From assembly GCA_965644295.1 (NCBI GenBank), contig CBFFRP010000397.1, positions 62,001 through 126,000 of the forward strand: DNA of 64,000 bases, given 5' to 3'. The position numbers were made by a program, and so were the translations under genes. The number at the start of each line of letters is the position of its first letter. Position 1 is the stretch's first letter. Below, piece by piece: positions 11,401 to 23,675 of this stretch. Below the pieces are notes generated by a model. That model was not told the DNA's origin, did not search any database, and saw nothing but the letters and a program-made list of their open reading frames with translations. The stretch comes from Paraphysomonas bandaiensis. Lineage: Eukaryota > Protista > Chrysophyceae.

Positions 11401-12606
11401 ACTGATGGATTTGGTCTAAAGAAATGCACTTCTACACAGCAAGACCCACAACCCTGGCTTGAGATTGACTTAGGACAATTTGCTCTCATAGATGAAATAA
11501 GACTGTGGGGTCGGACGGACTCACCGCACGATTCATCGATGCCTGCTGACCACTTTACTTCCAGGCTATTTCCGTGTTGGGTTATGATTGGAATGGAGCC
11601 TTTCGACAGAAGTCCGGGGGAAATTTCTCTTGCAAACAGCAAGATGGATGCAGTGGCAAAAGTGAAATTTACGGAGAACACAAGAATGAGTTCTTGGAAG
11701 TGTCCAGCTAATACTCAAGGACGTTATGTACGAGTTCAACTTGAGGGGTACAACTTTTTATCTGTGGCTCAAGTGGAAGTGATGGGTAACTGGGGTATTA
11801 GTACTGGTGTGGGACGCGTGTCTTACGCGGCTGCAGGGCGGGATGTCACTGTTGCTGTCATAAGACCGAGAACTGACCCTATTGATATTGATAATATATA
11901 TCAAAGAGCAGCATACGCAGATGCAGGCAATGCTGATGTACTTCGACAATATGAGACCTTTGCATTGGAATATGACAAATATGGTAGAGGGGAAGCTATA
12001 TCTAAGTGCCATATATGTCGTGGTCAGACTCCATGTGAAATATGTCTCTTGAACAAAATGTATAAAGAGGAGATAGAGAATATGCCTGCTGGAATAGGTG
12101 GAAGGAGGAGGAGATTGGATAGCATAGAAGATTACCTTATCAACGCGAATAAACCAGAGCTCGTATTACCAGTTATTCATAGAGTTCAGCGACCAAGTAA
12201 ATGGGAAGATTTTAAAGCTAAATGGTTTCCCAGTTTTGGTCCTTTGCGCTGGTTCGCTGGAAACCCGAAATCAAAGACTATTGCACCAGAATTTGAGCAA
12301 TCGTCCTTGCTGTTAGACGGATTTAAACGAAATGATATTCCAACGTCTCCAAACCCTAGCATCCAACAACAAGAGCATGGGAAAACACAGAGTACTAATA
12401 ATGCTAACACACATATGCAGGTGACAGTTGATGCCGATAATTCCGAGCCCTATGCTCCTTCACCAGCTATGTCACCTCACGTACAATCTGCACAAAATAG
12501 TACTCACACGGTGAAGAATCCATTTCCGCGAAGTATTGGTGACAAGATTGATGAAACTAAACAAATGATAAATAAGAAGAAAGCTGCTGCAAGGAAAAGT
12601 AGATAG
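8410..12606 (+). CDS. EF-hand, SAP-like, coiled-coil, RCC1-repeat and F5/8-type-C (fucolectin-like) domain protein
   Basis: 1398-aa ORF. Four EF-hands (DDDGSGYLGFSE, DTDGSGEIDVDE, DENGVGHLDEDE, DFNKTECIDYLE); RCC1 repeats (VSAGTAH...YSWGVGGSGRLG, VSCGYSHT, LSCGASHT); NLALGCRAEQSST...PWLEIDLG...GRYVRVQLEGYNFLSVAQVEV (discoidin/FTP). Confidence 0.85.
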   Translation: MADDMSALTRVTSNNNTPKYLIPPTDDEIRDKLNTLTSFEKANQEAEKLKAKIALRNDKEKLREAIKSMTPDEVFNLFDDDGSGYLGFSEFRALLPALGIEIGDAKAFRYFNLCDTDGSGEIDVDEFKVALFACDPSSGNPVGFVPNKILTPLDAFETFDENGVGHLDEDEFYYAMEYLNLKLKDSKHEKFFTGIDFNKTECIDYLEFREVFLKVCNVRKELEDRGIEVPSFSFRSTLVDILREVLDEEEDRERRALAEARRYKAWIFSIKDKKRYLQRAQWRSYQELRSSLDAAGQVYVFGEGSHKQFSHSCRDKIATSKFEFENFDKVLMLWRDRVHPEQLVEKLKLQRRAEQQEEKRYSIQSMTGGQDMGGITTKERRIDPYEEALVSPFTGLKVSVNTASLWGRRIHHVAISENVLFALADQGEVYAWGGNSYWWHEIQPDSVYQTKWRGDITPRSQLLMNVENKTIPPDTNASDDIDTKNPDDEKVEYIKVVTKYFNVWEPPPNAATRMHYLEKELLAKVTYDEIRFSLECRGKQIPDITKLELVEELYHDIILEKKLLGERAHKAIRELENQVATLKKRRKFKLAARVQENIEKMWEPLREVQAEKRAAERAKKAAEVHNKAMKVESDYVDYRHRIAELRQEMGGKYTSRGNSLEINIHGTTPRGPDMQTPRGYQSALQVSAGTAHACLVHRSGQLYSWGVGGSGRLGLDLSQKGNPQCDVATPTLVQALNGRPVTRVSCGYSHTGAIVSGGDLYMWGSCALGKCGLGGPDVIGNVECYCSVPTKVIVGAENYKVKKLSCGASHTAVITENGRLFVFGCGDGGRLGLREGSYDTVTTPTLVESLLNETIVSVSCGNSTTVALTKISHAMVGPKGFQVRKLIGGKVYIAGSGNVFDKQYSVFTLLKDVEDIPMKLASAGYQHTALLSAEGELYCWGRNRGVCCGVAPHVKFIEHPLPIPCLFQNVKNLALGCRAEQSSTYNSREATAATDGDTDGFGLKKCTSTQQDPQPWLEIDLGQFALIDEIRLWGRTDSPHDSSMPADHFTSRLFPCWVMIGMEPFDRSPGEISLANSKMDAVAKVKFTENTRMSSWKCPANTQGRYVRVQLEGYNFLSVAQVEVMGNWGISTGVGRVSYAAAGRDVTVAVIRPRTDPIDIDNIYQRAAYADAGNADVLRQYETFALEYDKYGRGEAISKCHICRGQTPCEICLLNKMYKEEIENMPAGIGGRRRRLDSIEDYLINANKPELVLPVIHRVQRPSKWEDFKAKWFPSFGPLRWFAGNPKSKTIAPEFEQSSLLLDGFKRNDIPTSPNPSIQQQEHGKTQSTNNANTHMQVTVDADNSEPYAPSPAMSPHVQSAQNSTHTVKNPFPRSIGDKIDETKQMINKKKAAARKSR

Positions 12607-14637
12607 CATTAGTCTGGTATACCTTGTATGATATTTGTTCTATCTTTGTGAAGCATTGCTGATTTTTGTGAAACTATGTGTTCTAATATGGAGTAATGTA
12701 GTAATATGTAATTCTGTTTAAGTTCACGTTCATCAAAGTTTGCCAGTGTTCTGTTGAAACATGAGGTTAACAGGTATGCAGAATCCGAATTATACGTTTT
12801 GACTTTACTAACTGGGCTCTAAAATAATACAGAAATCTAGTGAATAATGTACCTAGTTGCAATGAATGATGATAAGTGATTATCACAATTTCAATTAATT
12901 GCTGCATTTAATTGAAATTAATTAATTAATTCGTTGCCGGTATACAGCATTTAACATTTAAGTGCTCAACATGCAACGCTACTCAGACCTCAGATATAGG
13001 AGGACTAGGGACAATATACTGTAATATTGTAATATTGATTGGTCGGCCAGATAGAACCAACATGATACCCACACTGATATTGGTATTGTTAAGTGTATGT
13101 GCAATAAATAGCAATATATTATTGTATCTACTACATACCAAACGTTTCTTAGTAAACCTGGGTGATCAGTTTCATCATTGCATTGATATGCATGAAGGTG
13201 TTGGTACAGCATAGATTAGTAAGTAGCATGCATAGATTATTAGTCCTACTTGAGCTAGAACATCACATCTATTTAATACTCATACGGTGTATAATTACTG
13301 TATATTCGACAGTATGTGTGTAAGTTTTTCTAAAAATAAAAAGTAAAGGTAACACGGCTTTGTGACATCATAACGTGGCGAATATGCATTTGCATAATTT
13401 AATCTATTCTAATACCACTTTATACCGTAAATAATACACCATGTTACGACGTCACTGATGTCTGAATTCTACTCTGCAGAAAATTTTCAATACTTCTTTC
13501 GCAAGAAACCTTCCGTTCAACGACTGAAACAATTAGACGAGCCCTTCTTGGTCACAGTTGTAACCGTATATCTTGCGATGTCATTTTGGAATCACACGAG
13601 TCAATCTCGCTATTATAGTAGACGACAGAAATTACCCTCTGTAGCATGTAATCTGAAATCTACATACATTCTAAAACCAAACACTGTCACATTCTTACCT
13701 CAGCTGAGGTGTCTCAAAATCCTGTATCATGCCCACCACTGTGCAATAAAATCGTGTTTCATAATCGTGGTTTTGTTTTTCAAGAAATATGTACTGTTTT
13801 GAGTCATTGCAACCCGCATTCTCGTGAGAGTCACGCCGATTGAGGTATACAGTCTTCAAAAGAATCCCTTTGAGAGTTTTCTTAAATATACTCTGTATTT
13901 CCGGTGAAGTGTTCACTCTCTTTTCCGCGTATATATTCTTAAGCGAACGACATCAATGACATATTAATGTATGTGTAGATATACAGACTAAATGCTTCCG
14001 GTATAGGTAATTGTCGTTTACCAAATATGCGGAGTAATTCTCATCAACTCAGTGTATTTCAGAATTCTTTCTTTCCTCTAATATCTAATGTGGTTATTGT
14101 ATTGCTTCTTGTTGTTGAGGTCACATACATGTAGATATTATTACAGAGATATCCGGATATGTATGGCTGGTTCGAGTGGTGTTGTATTCCTGGTTTGTAG
14201 CAGCTAAAAGTATAGTTTTGGTAGGCAGTTAAAATACCTAATTTTTTGAGTAATTTTAAGATGTGTGTTCTGTATATTCGGGCTTTGCAAACTAAAAATG
14301 ACGAAATACGTTCGTTTTTGTTAAAAATCCGGACATTTAATCATTAAAACCGTTGTTGACCTTACAATATGAGTATTCAGTATTCAACAATACTGTATTA
14401 TTCCCATACTTCACAGTATTCCACTTGGAAAATGAATGCTAGCCATACAGCCTCCTCCACTTCTCAGTCATCGAATTTCGAATCAATCACTCCACAGACG
14501 AAGTCATACAGTATGCCCATGTAATGTCCATCGTAGTCATATATAATCCACTCATCCATCAGTCTTATAGCAAACAATGAAACTATAGAGGAGCTTTATA
14601 AAGTAACTCTAATTGCGTTAATTGACTCTTTTAAATC

Positions 14638-17168
14638 ATGCTAAGGTTGAGTAATATATTATCCTCTCATGTGAGGCGTAATATAACACATCGTCAGCTT
14701 ATAGCATTCTCAACTAAATCTATTAAAGATCGTATATATGATATATGTCATGGCTCAAAAGGTCCTTCATATAGAATTCTTACACGCGGTGTGGTGAGAG
14801 ATATAGTCGAAGACCCTGATATGATAGCCATAGCTAAATCAAAGTATATAGACGAGAGGTTATGGGGTCACTTTGGATTCAACTTTAGACGTAAACTTGC
14901 AAAAAATCCGGAAGAAGTATTCTTACCTAAAGAAGTGCCGAAGTTTTTAGACATGGTAGATGATTTATTGGACTCTGGTGGAAAGGAGAGTAAACAGTTT
15001 AGAGATTTAATGACAGAAGTTATGTTTCGAACTGCTGAAGTTGATTTGAAGCATGACATAGCGTCTACTCGAACTCTTACCTCGTGCTCAGATCTCCGTA
15101 TTCCCCACGAGTGGTATGCTCCGGCGCGGCTCATGCGGCGTAAGATCATATACCATGGTGGCCCGACGAACTCTGGAAAGACATACCACGCTCTGAAGCG
15201 TTTGCGCGATGCTGATCCAGAAAAGGGTGGAGGCGTATATTGTGGCCCCTTGCGCCTCCTTGCGCTTGAGGTCTACGAGCAACTTAACCGGCAAGGCGTT
15301 CACTGCAATCTGATCACGGGACAGGAGCAGCGCATTCTTCCTTTCAAAACCCATACATCATGTACTGTTGAAGTCGCTAACCTAAACCAAGATTATGATG
15401 TGGCAGTTATCGACGAAATACAGATGATCGCGGATTCGTCTAGAGGATATGCCTGGACGAGGGCACTTTTGGGATTGCGTGCCAGGGAGATCCATGTTTG
15501 CGGAGGTGCAGAGGCGGGAGACATTGTGAGGCAGTTGGCTGCTGACGCTGGCGATGATTTTGAGATGAAGACTTACTCTCGTCTTTCTGAGTTACGGTAA
15601 GGATTATGGAGTGCATGTTGTTCTTCTTGTTGGATTTTTTTTTTTACTTTTTTGTGTACAGTATTCAAGAGAACTCTCTCCGAGGGGACTACTCTCAAGT
15701 GCGACCTGGGGATTGTATTGTTGCCTTCTCAAAGGCTGATATATTCTCCATAAAAAGAGAGGTTGAACGTTTAACCAATCACAAGTGTTGTGTAGTATAT
15801 GGTCAGCTCCCTCCTGAGACGCGTTCAAAGCAAGCGCGGTTATTCAACGAGGAAGGCACAGGTTATGATGTTCTTGTCGCGTCTGACGCTATAGGGATGG
15901 GTTTGAATCTGAACATTAGACGCATTGTATTTCATACGACAGTCAAGCCGGGCTACGGCCAGAAGAAAAAGCCGGGATATATGGATGCAACTTACATAAA
16001 ACAAATAGCTGGTCGGGCTGGGAGGCGCTCGTCTCAGTACCAGTATGGGGAAGTCACGGCATGGCAAGAGCAGGACCTGGCATATATCCGCGCTATTATG
16101 GGGGAGGAGATTCCACAAATAAAGGCTGCTGGTATATTTCCATCTGTTGAACAGGTGGACTTATTTTCAAGGCATCTGATAGCCTACACCAGCGAAAATG
16201 CTTTGAAGGAGTCTTCCGCAGCTTCTGACGAGCCACAAAATAATGATAGTGATAGTGAAGCTGAAATGGGAGATGACAGCGTCTCCAGTCTTCTTGAGAG
16301 TGACGAGAGTGTACCAGAGAAAAGTAAGACAGATGATGCGGTTGTGACTATTGAAACTGCGAGACTTTCATCATTACTTGAGAAATTTGTGGCATCTGCA
16401 CAGACTACAGGTCACTACTTTCTGTGCGACCACGATTCCCTTATTGTAGTTTCTAACTGGCTTAATTCGATCCCATTGACCCTTTCAGATAGATTTGTGT
16501 TTGGCACAGCCCCAGTTGACCTTCGAGACGGGATATCTATCAATATGTTGTACTACTATGCGGCCATGTATGCGACTAAGCGCCCAGTACCTCTAAAGAT
16601 TCGATTCGCCAAGGGTAAGCCGAGGGACGTTGTTGAACTTACTGACCTCTGTTCGAAACACAACGTGGTCGACTTATATTTGTGGCTGTCGAACCGCTTC
16701 CCGAAATACTTTGTAGAAAGGGAAAGATGTCTAGAACAAAAGGAATACGCATTGGCGCTCATTCAGAGCACCTTAGAAAACACAATGCTCAAACACCAGT
16801 ATTCCCATTCTGAAAGCTTTAGAAAACTTCGGCGGGCTATGACTGTCACATTAGATGGATTGCCGGCATCCCTTCCTCCTAATATACGCTCAGTGATGTT
16901 CGAGAAATTGAGAGATATTCCGCAAGCGGAATGGAACTGCTTCCCGAATGAATTATGCAGTGGCGAGCAGGCCACTCTTTCCAAGGAACCGAGAGAAAGG
17001 GCACCGTCGAAACCGATCAACAAAACCGAGCATCAGTTTCGGGCGCCTCATCGGCGAAAGGAGAAAGGAAGGTCTTTTCATGAAAAACAGCTCCTGCAGA
17101 GTAAGCGAGTCGTACGCAGCGCTGATGGCAGAAAACTACAGGTGTATAAAGCAAGCCCAAGTGTGTAG
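14638..17168 (+). CDS. SUV3: Mitochondrial ATP-dependent RNA helicase SUV3 (2 exons; intron 15597-15661)
   Basis: HGGPTNSGKTYHAL (Walker A), YCGPLRLLALEV, VIDEIQM, VASDAIGMGLNL, KQIAGRAGR, LYLWLSNRF. The GT..AG intron joins the two ORFs in frame. Basic N-terminus resembles a mitochondrial presequence. Confidence 0.95.
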
Positions 17169-19185
17169 CAGTTTTCAACGAAATCATCTGGTCCATTAGG
17201 TTAGTGTACATACGACTGAGAATAGTACTATCTGTATTGTGTGATATACACTCAAGCGATTTGCCTAAGAGGAGTTGCTATGAGTTTTACTTCTACTCTT
17301 TGTTTTGCGCTTGTAGACCATTACGTACATGAGTAGAAGTAATGTTGTAGTTTGTGGTGTTAATGCAATTGTTGAAGTTGTAGTGTACATTTCATTAGCT
17401 TGTAACGTGGCATTGCAACTCGTGTATCATAGTAATGAGGGTCGCATCTCAAAATATAATGCCGCAAGATGTGTAATATGTACAGCAAGATGTTGATTAT
17501 CGTGAGTACATGGCATTACAGTCGAAATCAGGGCAACAGCGTGACGGGTAATAATACTATATTTACTAATGATCTTAAATATCCCCGTTGGCAATTAATA
17601 GTATAAATATTTCAAGGAAAAGGAGTAATGTTGCAAGTAACTGGCTCCAGATATGTTTACTTTTTTCTCATCATGCTAGGAAACGGTAACATATACATTA
17701 AAGATAAGGGAGTTGTACTTTAGATGATGATGACTTCACTCTCTCCTTCGGGTGTCCACTCTCTTCTCTCATGAGTTAATGAAGTATCCCCCTGTGTAAT
17801 ATAACGTCAACATAATATACCCAATTATATAGCGATAATACATACCACACATTTCCTCTTTGTAATCCAATACGATCCATTTATTGTCAATTTGGATTTT
17901 TTGCGTACGAGCAATCGGCTTCGGGTTGTTAAGCCTTAAAAACACCACTGTGGAGTGGCTGCGCATAACATACCTCACTGTCACATCCTTTATTCTAACT
18001 TGTGCAAAGTGTTGGCGAATCAGCTCTTCGTGTCCCCTAGAGTCGCATCTACAACTAAACACGTAGTGGTTCCTTTTGCCATCTTAACATCCAACATGAG
18101 TGCCACTTAATTTATGCAGTTAATTCACGACATTGCCTTCCCTGTTCTCTTCTGCATCACAGCAATCGACAAGTGATACTTTTTCAGTTTGTGCAGTGGG
18201 GTCGGTAATTCTTTTGTGCAGTATCCTTAACAGTTAGTTTTGTTAACAACGATTTCAGTTTATGCAATTAAGCAATGTGTACATAGGTAGAGGTACGCGG
18301 TCGCAACATTCAGCCGCACCCACTAGAGGGCCGCACGCAGTGATTAGTTGCGCTGTCAGTATGGGGCAGTTTGTAATCAAGAGATTAAGACACGACATAC
18401 TTTTGTATATTGTGTACAGATGTGATGCATACTGTGATACTGTGCCCTCTAGTTCCCTCTAATTTCCAATATGCCATTATTTATAATTTATACAAACACT
18501 TGTAATTAATATAAACAATAATTCATAATAATCTTCACCATAAAAATAATGCACCACTCCTAAGAAAAAGTATCACTTTTCATCTTTTACTGCATATTTA
18601 CGACTTCAGATACTTCTGAAGTAGGCGTCTAAAACACTCTAAAAGATGCATTAGCATTCACATAGAAGTAGCTGCACCATCGCGATCTAGTAGGGCTGTT
18701 GTCAGACTAGGAACAGAGTGACGCCTTCTTCCCATTGGCCTACTCGCATCGATAAACTCGGCTGACGAGTTCAACAAACATGAATCTATAGTGTTTCTCT
18801 CACTGGTGTGTAATCGTGTGCTAAACAAGACCCTTGCAGGGGCAAATGATGGCTGAATAGTTACTGATATCGCCACTGGCTTTCGGCTCAATGAATGTGG
18901 TGATCTAAAATCAGCATACCTACTACACCATCTTGGGCGATGAGTTCTCGTTGCCTCATACGTGATTTGACTCATATACTCTACGTTTCATATATACATC
19001 AAAGTAACTCATAGCAATATCACTGTAGTAACTCATACATACATACATCTGTAGACTTGAGACGAACATATCTTGTTGAAGAAGATACATACACTATGCA
19101 TACATACCGCATACACTGTGGTGTTCGTACTACTGTACGTCATACATATACAGCAGAGTGTGTTTTGATACGAGTATATTATATT

Positions 19186-22100
19186 CCTATAACGAAAGAA
19201 AATCGGCCCCCTCAAAAAAATCGGCCCCCCTTTTCATCATCCATTTTCCCACCCCCCCTTGAACTGATATGCACATACACACATGACATTAACTCCAACA
19301 CCACAACTAACCACAACATACACCAATACAATCAGACACATACACACTGTCTTTACAATGGAGTATTTCAACATTATATGCAGCCATTTTTACCATCACA
19401 CCCTGTGTCTCGAGTGATAAGACAGAGGAGCCCTGCGTCCTCAGGATGGCTATTGATCGCTATATGCAGAGCAGTGGGATACACTAACCACTACTGAGAC
19501 TCTATATGCGACTTACTTCTGCAGACAAAGTGTTTGGAGAGGTGAGAGGGTGTGGGAGGGTCACGTATCATCTCTGTGGCTTGGATTCTGTGCCGGTCAG
19601 TATTTGTCCATAGGGAGGAGGGGTCCATACAGTGCATATCAGGTCATACATTCACCAGAAATTTAAAATACGCCATAATAGTATGCCATATTGATGGATG
19701 GAGGGCATTGATATGGCATATCAACCAATTTGATTAGATTTAAGTGCACCGCTGCCGTCCGTAGAAATTATGTGGATATGCTACCTTGTCACCATCCGAG
19801 TCAGCTTATCAGTGTCGGAACAGACTTATCGAATGGAAGATAAGCGATATTTATTTGGTAGAAACAGATTTGGCACTTTATGGGCTTCCTTGTGCGTTGT
19901 ACAATGATTAATGTTGCAAATACCCTTGACTAGCTTGTTGGTTGCAGGCACCCATGTTAGGGTGCTGTAGGGTCACAGCAAGCAGTGTTCACTCATGTCA
20001 TATATGTAGGATACCTAATATATTGCACTCATTCTGCTTTATTGGGGTCTTGTTACATCTACAATGCCATTGTTGCCATACTTGTCGATTTAAATAGGCT
20101 TTACGGCGAGTGCAGCTGATGATTGTTGAAAGTCTATATATGTCTAGTCTTTGTTGGCTATTCTCAAGACTTTGTCCCGAACTATCTCTCCACGCGACTT
20201 GTGTGAATGTGTATGTTTTATGTCTATACATATATATTACCTTTGTATGTACTTTATATGCACATGTGTGTACTACATTTCCCTTATGTTTACTAGGTTT
20301 ATATGGGTGTACGAGGTTTATTGTATATATTACCTACAATGCTACATATAAGCGTCAGTGTTCGAATATATGTACTCTTGACTTTATGTATGAGAATATG
20401 TTATCTGTGTGTTTGTGTATGCATATATATACGAGCGTTCTGAATGTATGTGTATCTGTGTGTTGTCATGTAGATATTTATAATAATAATATGATATCGT
20501 TATAGTCGATGTGAACTTGCTTGTATAAGTACTAGTCATAGTAAAGTAGCTATACATATATGTAGATCTTAAATACAACGATTGGCAGTATGTGTTTACA
20601 AGAAGTATAGGTATAAGGTATAAGTTTGCTTATCACACAAGTGTCTAAATCTAAACTACGAAGGAGTACAGTAGCTGATTTATATTGACAGAAGTAGTGT
20701 ACTATTCCAAGTTATATGTGGGCTAGCATCGAGGTATTTGCTGGAATAATTACATGCATAACAAGACAGTATACTATCAAACCACACATATACCGGCATG
20801 AATTTATAAGCAAATATTAGAATATTAGTCAAGTGGTTATCTAGTTTCAAAATAGCAATCAATAGACGATAACAACCTAGGAATTATAAGCACACCACCA
20901 GTACTCTCGCCACTAAACAGATTAGTTGGGAATATATGCGAACAATAGCATACAACTACGCAATGTTTTAATGGTTTAAGTATTACGTTTTCAGTGATAA
21001 TACGGGATGAAGTGGTAGATGTAATGTTTGACTTAATTTCTTGTGTTTTCGTTTATGTCACACTTCGTTGTCGCGCAGCACATAGAGAGTTGGTTGAGGG
21101 TGGTATTGAACCTGGTACTACCATCATTTGTCATAATAATCTCCCGCATGTTGAACTTTAGTCAAAGAGTGTTAATCATGAAGTAGTTGTTGAAAGATAC
21201 AAAGCGGAGATGGCTGCTGGAGACCTTAAGTTCATTATAGAATACATGTGGATGAAGAAAATATTCGTATAAAGGTTTCAAGACAGCAACAGCTATAAAG
21301 CAGAAAGGAAAAGAATAAAAAAGGCAGAAGATGCGCTGTAAAGAGCAACAAATGAAAGAACTTGACACTTAAAAAAGAAAATCAGAGTCTTAATCGAAAC
21401 ATAGAGCTGATATTACTTTGATAGGCGGAGGCAAATTGTACATGCTCTATCAGCTCTAGCTGCTCCTACAACCTGGAGCACTGGAACATAAAATGACTAA
21501 TTCGATTTAAAGACATTCAATAGTTCGTTGTACCATTGCGTAGTTGTATGCTATTGTTCGCACATATTGTTCTAGAGTACTGGTGGTGTGCTTATAATTC
21601 CTAGGTTGTTATCGTCTATTGATTGCTATTTTGAAACTAGATAACCACTTGACTAATATTCTAATATTTGCTTATAAATTCATGCCGGTATATGTGTGGT
21701 TTGATAGTATACTGTCTTGTTATGCATGTAATTATTCCAGCAAATACCTCGATGCTAGCCCACATATAACTTGGAATAGTACACTACTTCTGTCAATATA
21801 AATCAGCTACTGTACTCCTTCGTAGTTTAGATTTAGACACTTGTGTGATAAGCAAACTTATACCTTATACCTATACTTCTTGTAAACACATACTGCCAAT
21901 CGTTGTATTTAAGATCTACATATATGTATAGCTACTTTACTATGACTAGTACTTATACAAGCAAGTTCACATCGACTATAACGATATCATATTATTATTA
22001 TAAATATCTACATGACAACACACAGATACACATACATTCAGAACGCTCGTATATATATGCATACAAAAACACACAGATAACATATTCTCATACATAAGTC

Positions 22101-23295
22101 AAGAGTACATATATTCGAACACTGACGCTTATATGTAGCATTGTAGGTAATATATATAATAAACCTCGTACACCCATATAAACCTAGTAAACATAAGGGA
22201 AACGTAGTACACACATGTGCATATAAAGTACATACAAAGGTAATATATATGTATAGACATAAAACATACACATTCACACAAGTCGCGTGGAGAGATAGTT
22301 CGGGACAAAGTATTGAGAATAGCCAACAAAGACTAGACATGTATAGACTTTCAACAATCATCAGCTGCACTCGCCGTAAAGCCCATTTAAATCGACAAGT
22401 ATGTCAACAATGGCATTGTAGATGTAACAAGACCCCAATAAAGCAGAATGAGTGCAATATATTAGGTATCCTACATATATGACATGAGTGAACACTGCTT
22501 GCTGTGACCCTACAGCACCCTAACATGGGGTGCCTGCAACCAACAAGCTAGTCAAGGGTATTTGCAACATTAATCATTGTACAACGCACAAGGAAGCCCA
22601 TAAAGTGCCAAATCTCTTTCTACCAATAAAGATCGCTTATCTTCCATTCGATAAGTCGGTTCCGACACTGATAAGCTGACTCGGATGGTGACAAGGTAGC
22701 ATATCCACATAATTTCTACGGACGGCAGCGGTGCACTTAAATCTAATCAAATTGGTGGATATGCCATATCAATGCCCTCCATCCATCGATATGGCATATT
22801 ATTATGGCGCATTTCAAATTTCTGGTGAATGTATGACCTGATATGCACTGTATGGACCCCTCCTCCCTATGGACAAATACTGACCGGCACAGAATCCAAG
22901 CCACAGAGATGATACGTGACCCTCCCACACCCTCTCACCTCTCCAAACACTTTGTCTGCAGAAGTAAGTCGCATATAGAGTCTCAGTAGTGGTTAGTGTA
23001 TCCCACTGCTCTGCATATAGCGATCAATAGCCATCCTGAGGACGCAGGGCTCCTCTGTCTTATCACTCGAGACACAGGGTGTGATGGTAAAAATGGCTGC
23101 ATATAATGTTGAAATACTCCATTGTAAAGACAGTGTGTATGTGTCTGATTGTATTGGTGTATGTTGTGGTTAGTTGTGGTGTTGGAGTTAATGTCATGTG
23201 TGTATGTGCATATCAGTTCAAGGGGGGGTGGGAAAATGGATGATGAAAAGGGGGGCCGATTTTTTTTGAGGGGGCCGATTTTCTTTCGTTATAGG
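19186..23295. mobile_element. Foldback-type non-autonomous DNA transposon: ~1.77-kb near-identical inverted arms (19186-20965 and 21534-23295), 568-bp spacer, 4-bp TSD TATT
   Basis: Starts cctataacgaaagaaaatcggcccc and ends ggggccgattttctttcgttatagg. TATT lies at 19182-19185 and 23296-23299. The ORF track shows mirrored near-identical ORFs on opposite strands (e.g. 20680-20862 and 21619-21801). Confidence 0.9.
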
Positions 23296-23675
23296 TATTC
23301 CCTTTGTTTGAATGAACCATTTTTTTAGAAATTCTATAAAAATATACACTGAAAACACCAAAAGCAACATATTTTCACTTTTTCTTGCGGAAAATCATGG
23401 TCTTTAGCAACATATCGCTAAAAACAATGTCTAGATATTGTATAAAAATATCAAAAGTCATTGTTATTGTTGTATTCAAACAGCTAGTCTGTATACAGAT
23501 GGTGTGTATGTGTATATATATGCCGTCCTTTGCATATATATGACAATATTAACTAATACCACCATAAGATAAGGATAGATTATCACCTAATTGATAGGAT
23601 ATACATATCCCACCATAAGGAAAAGCTGTATGTTGTGAAGTGGATAGAGAGGGTTTCTTACTGTGTTATTGTATA

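Noticed and set aside
12888-12920. 12-bp AT-rich hairpin aatttcaattaa...ttaattgaaatt
   Set aside because: Low-complexity AT context with no TSD; plausible by chance.
13060-13215. HTDIG and FLVNLGDQ, reminiscent of a 2OG-Fe(II) oxygenase relic
   Set aside because: The motifs are in different frames, closer than expected and lack other support; BLASTX would be needed.
13400-14130. Possible minus-strand gene or pseudogene (ORF 13695-13916 with a gtaag donor)
   Set aside because: Interrupted by stops and has no recognisable motif; only predicted indirectly by strand alternation.
17769-18975. Minus-strand ORFs 17769-18062 and 18658-18975
   Set aside because: Coding-like but unrecognisable and flanked by in-frame stops; cannot be called without transcript or homology data.
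21090-21140. IEPGTTII in the foldback spacer and DGWRA in the arms (Merlin/IS1595-like), and a B-box-like ggttcaatacc on the minus strand
   Set aside because: Isolated short motifs that are not collinear; a 4-bp TSD does not fit Merlin; no tRNA cloverleaf or properly spaced A box.
19552-22928. Mirrored short ORFs inside the inverted arms
   Set aside because: Low-complexity, unrecognisable products duplicated only because of the inverted repeat.
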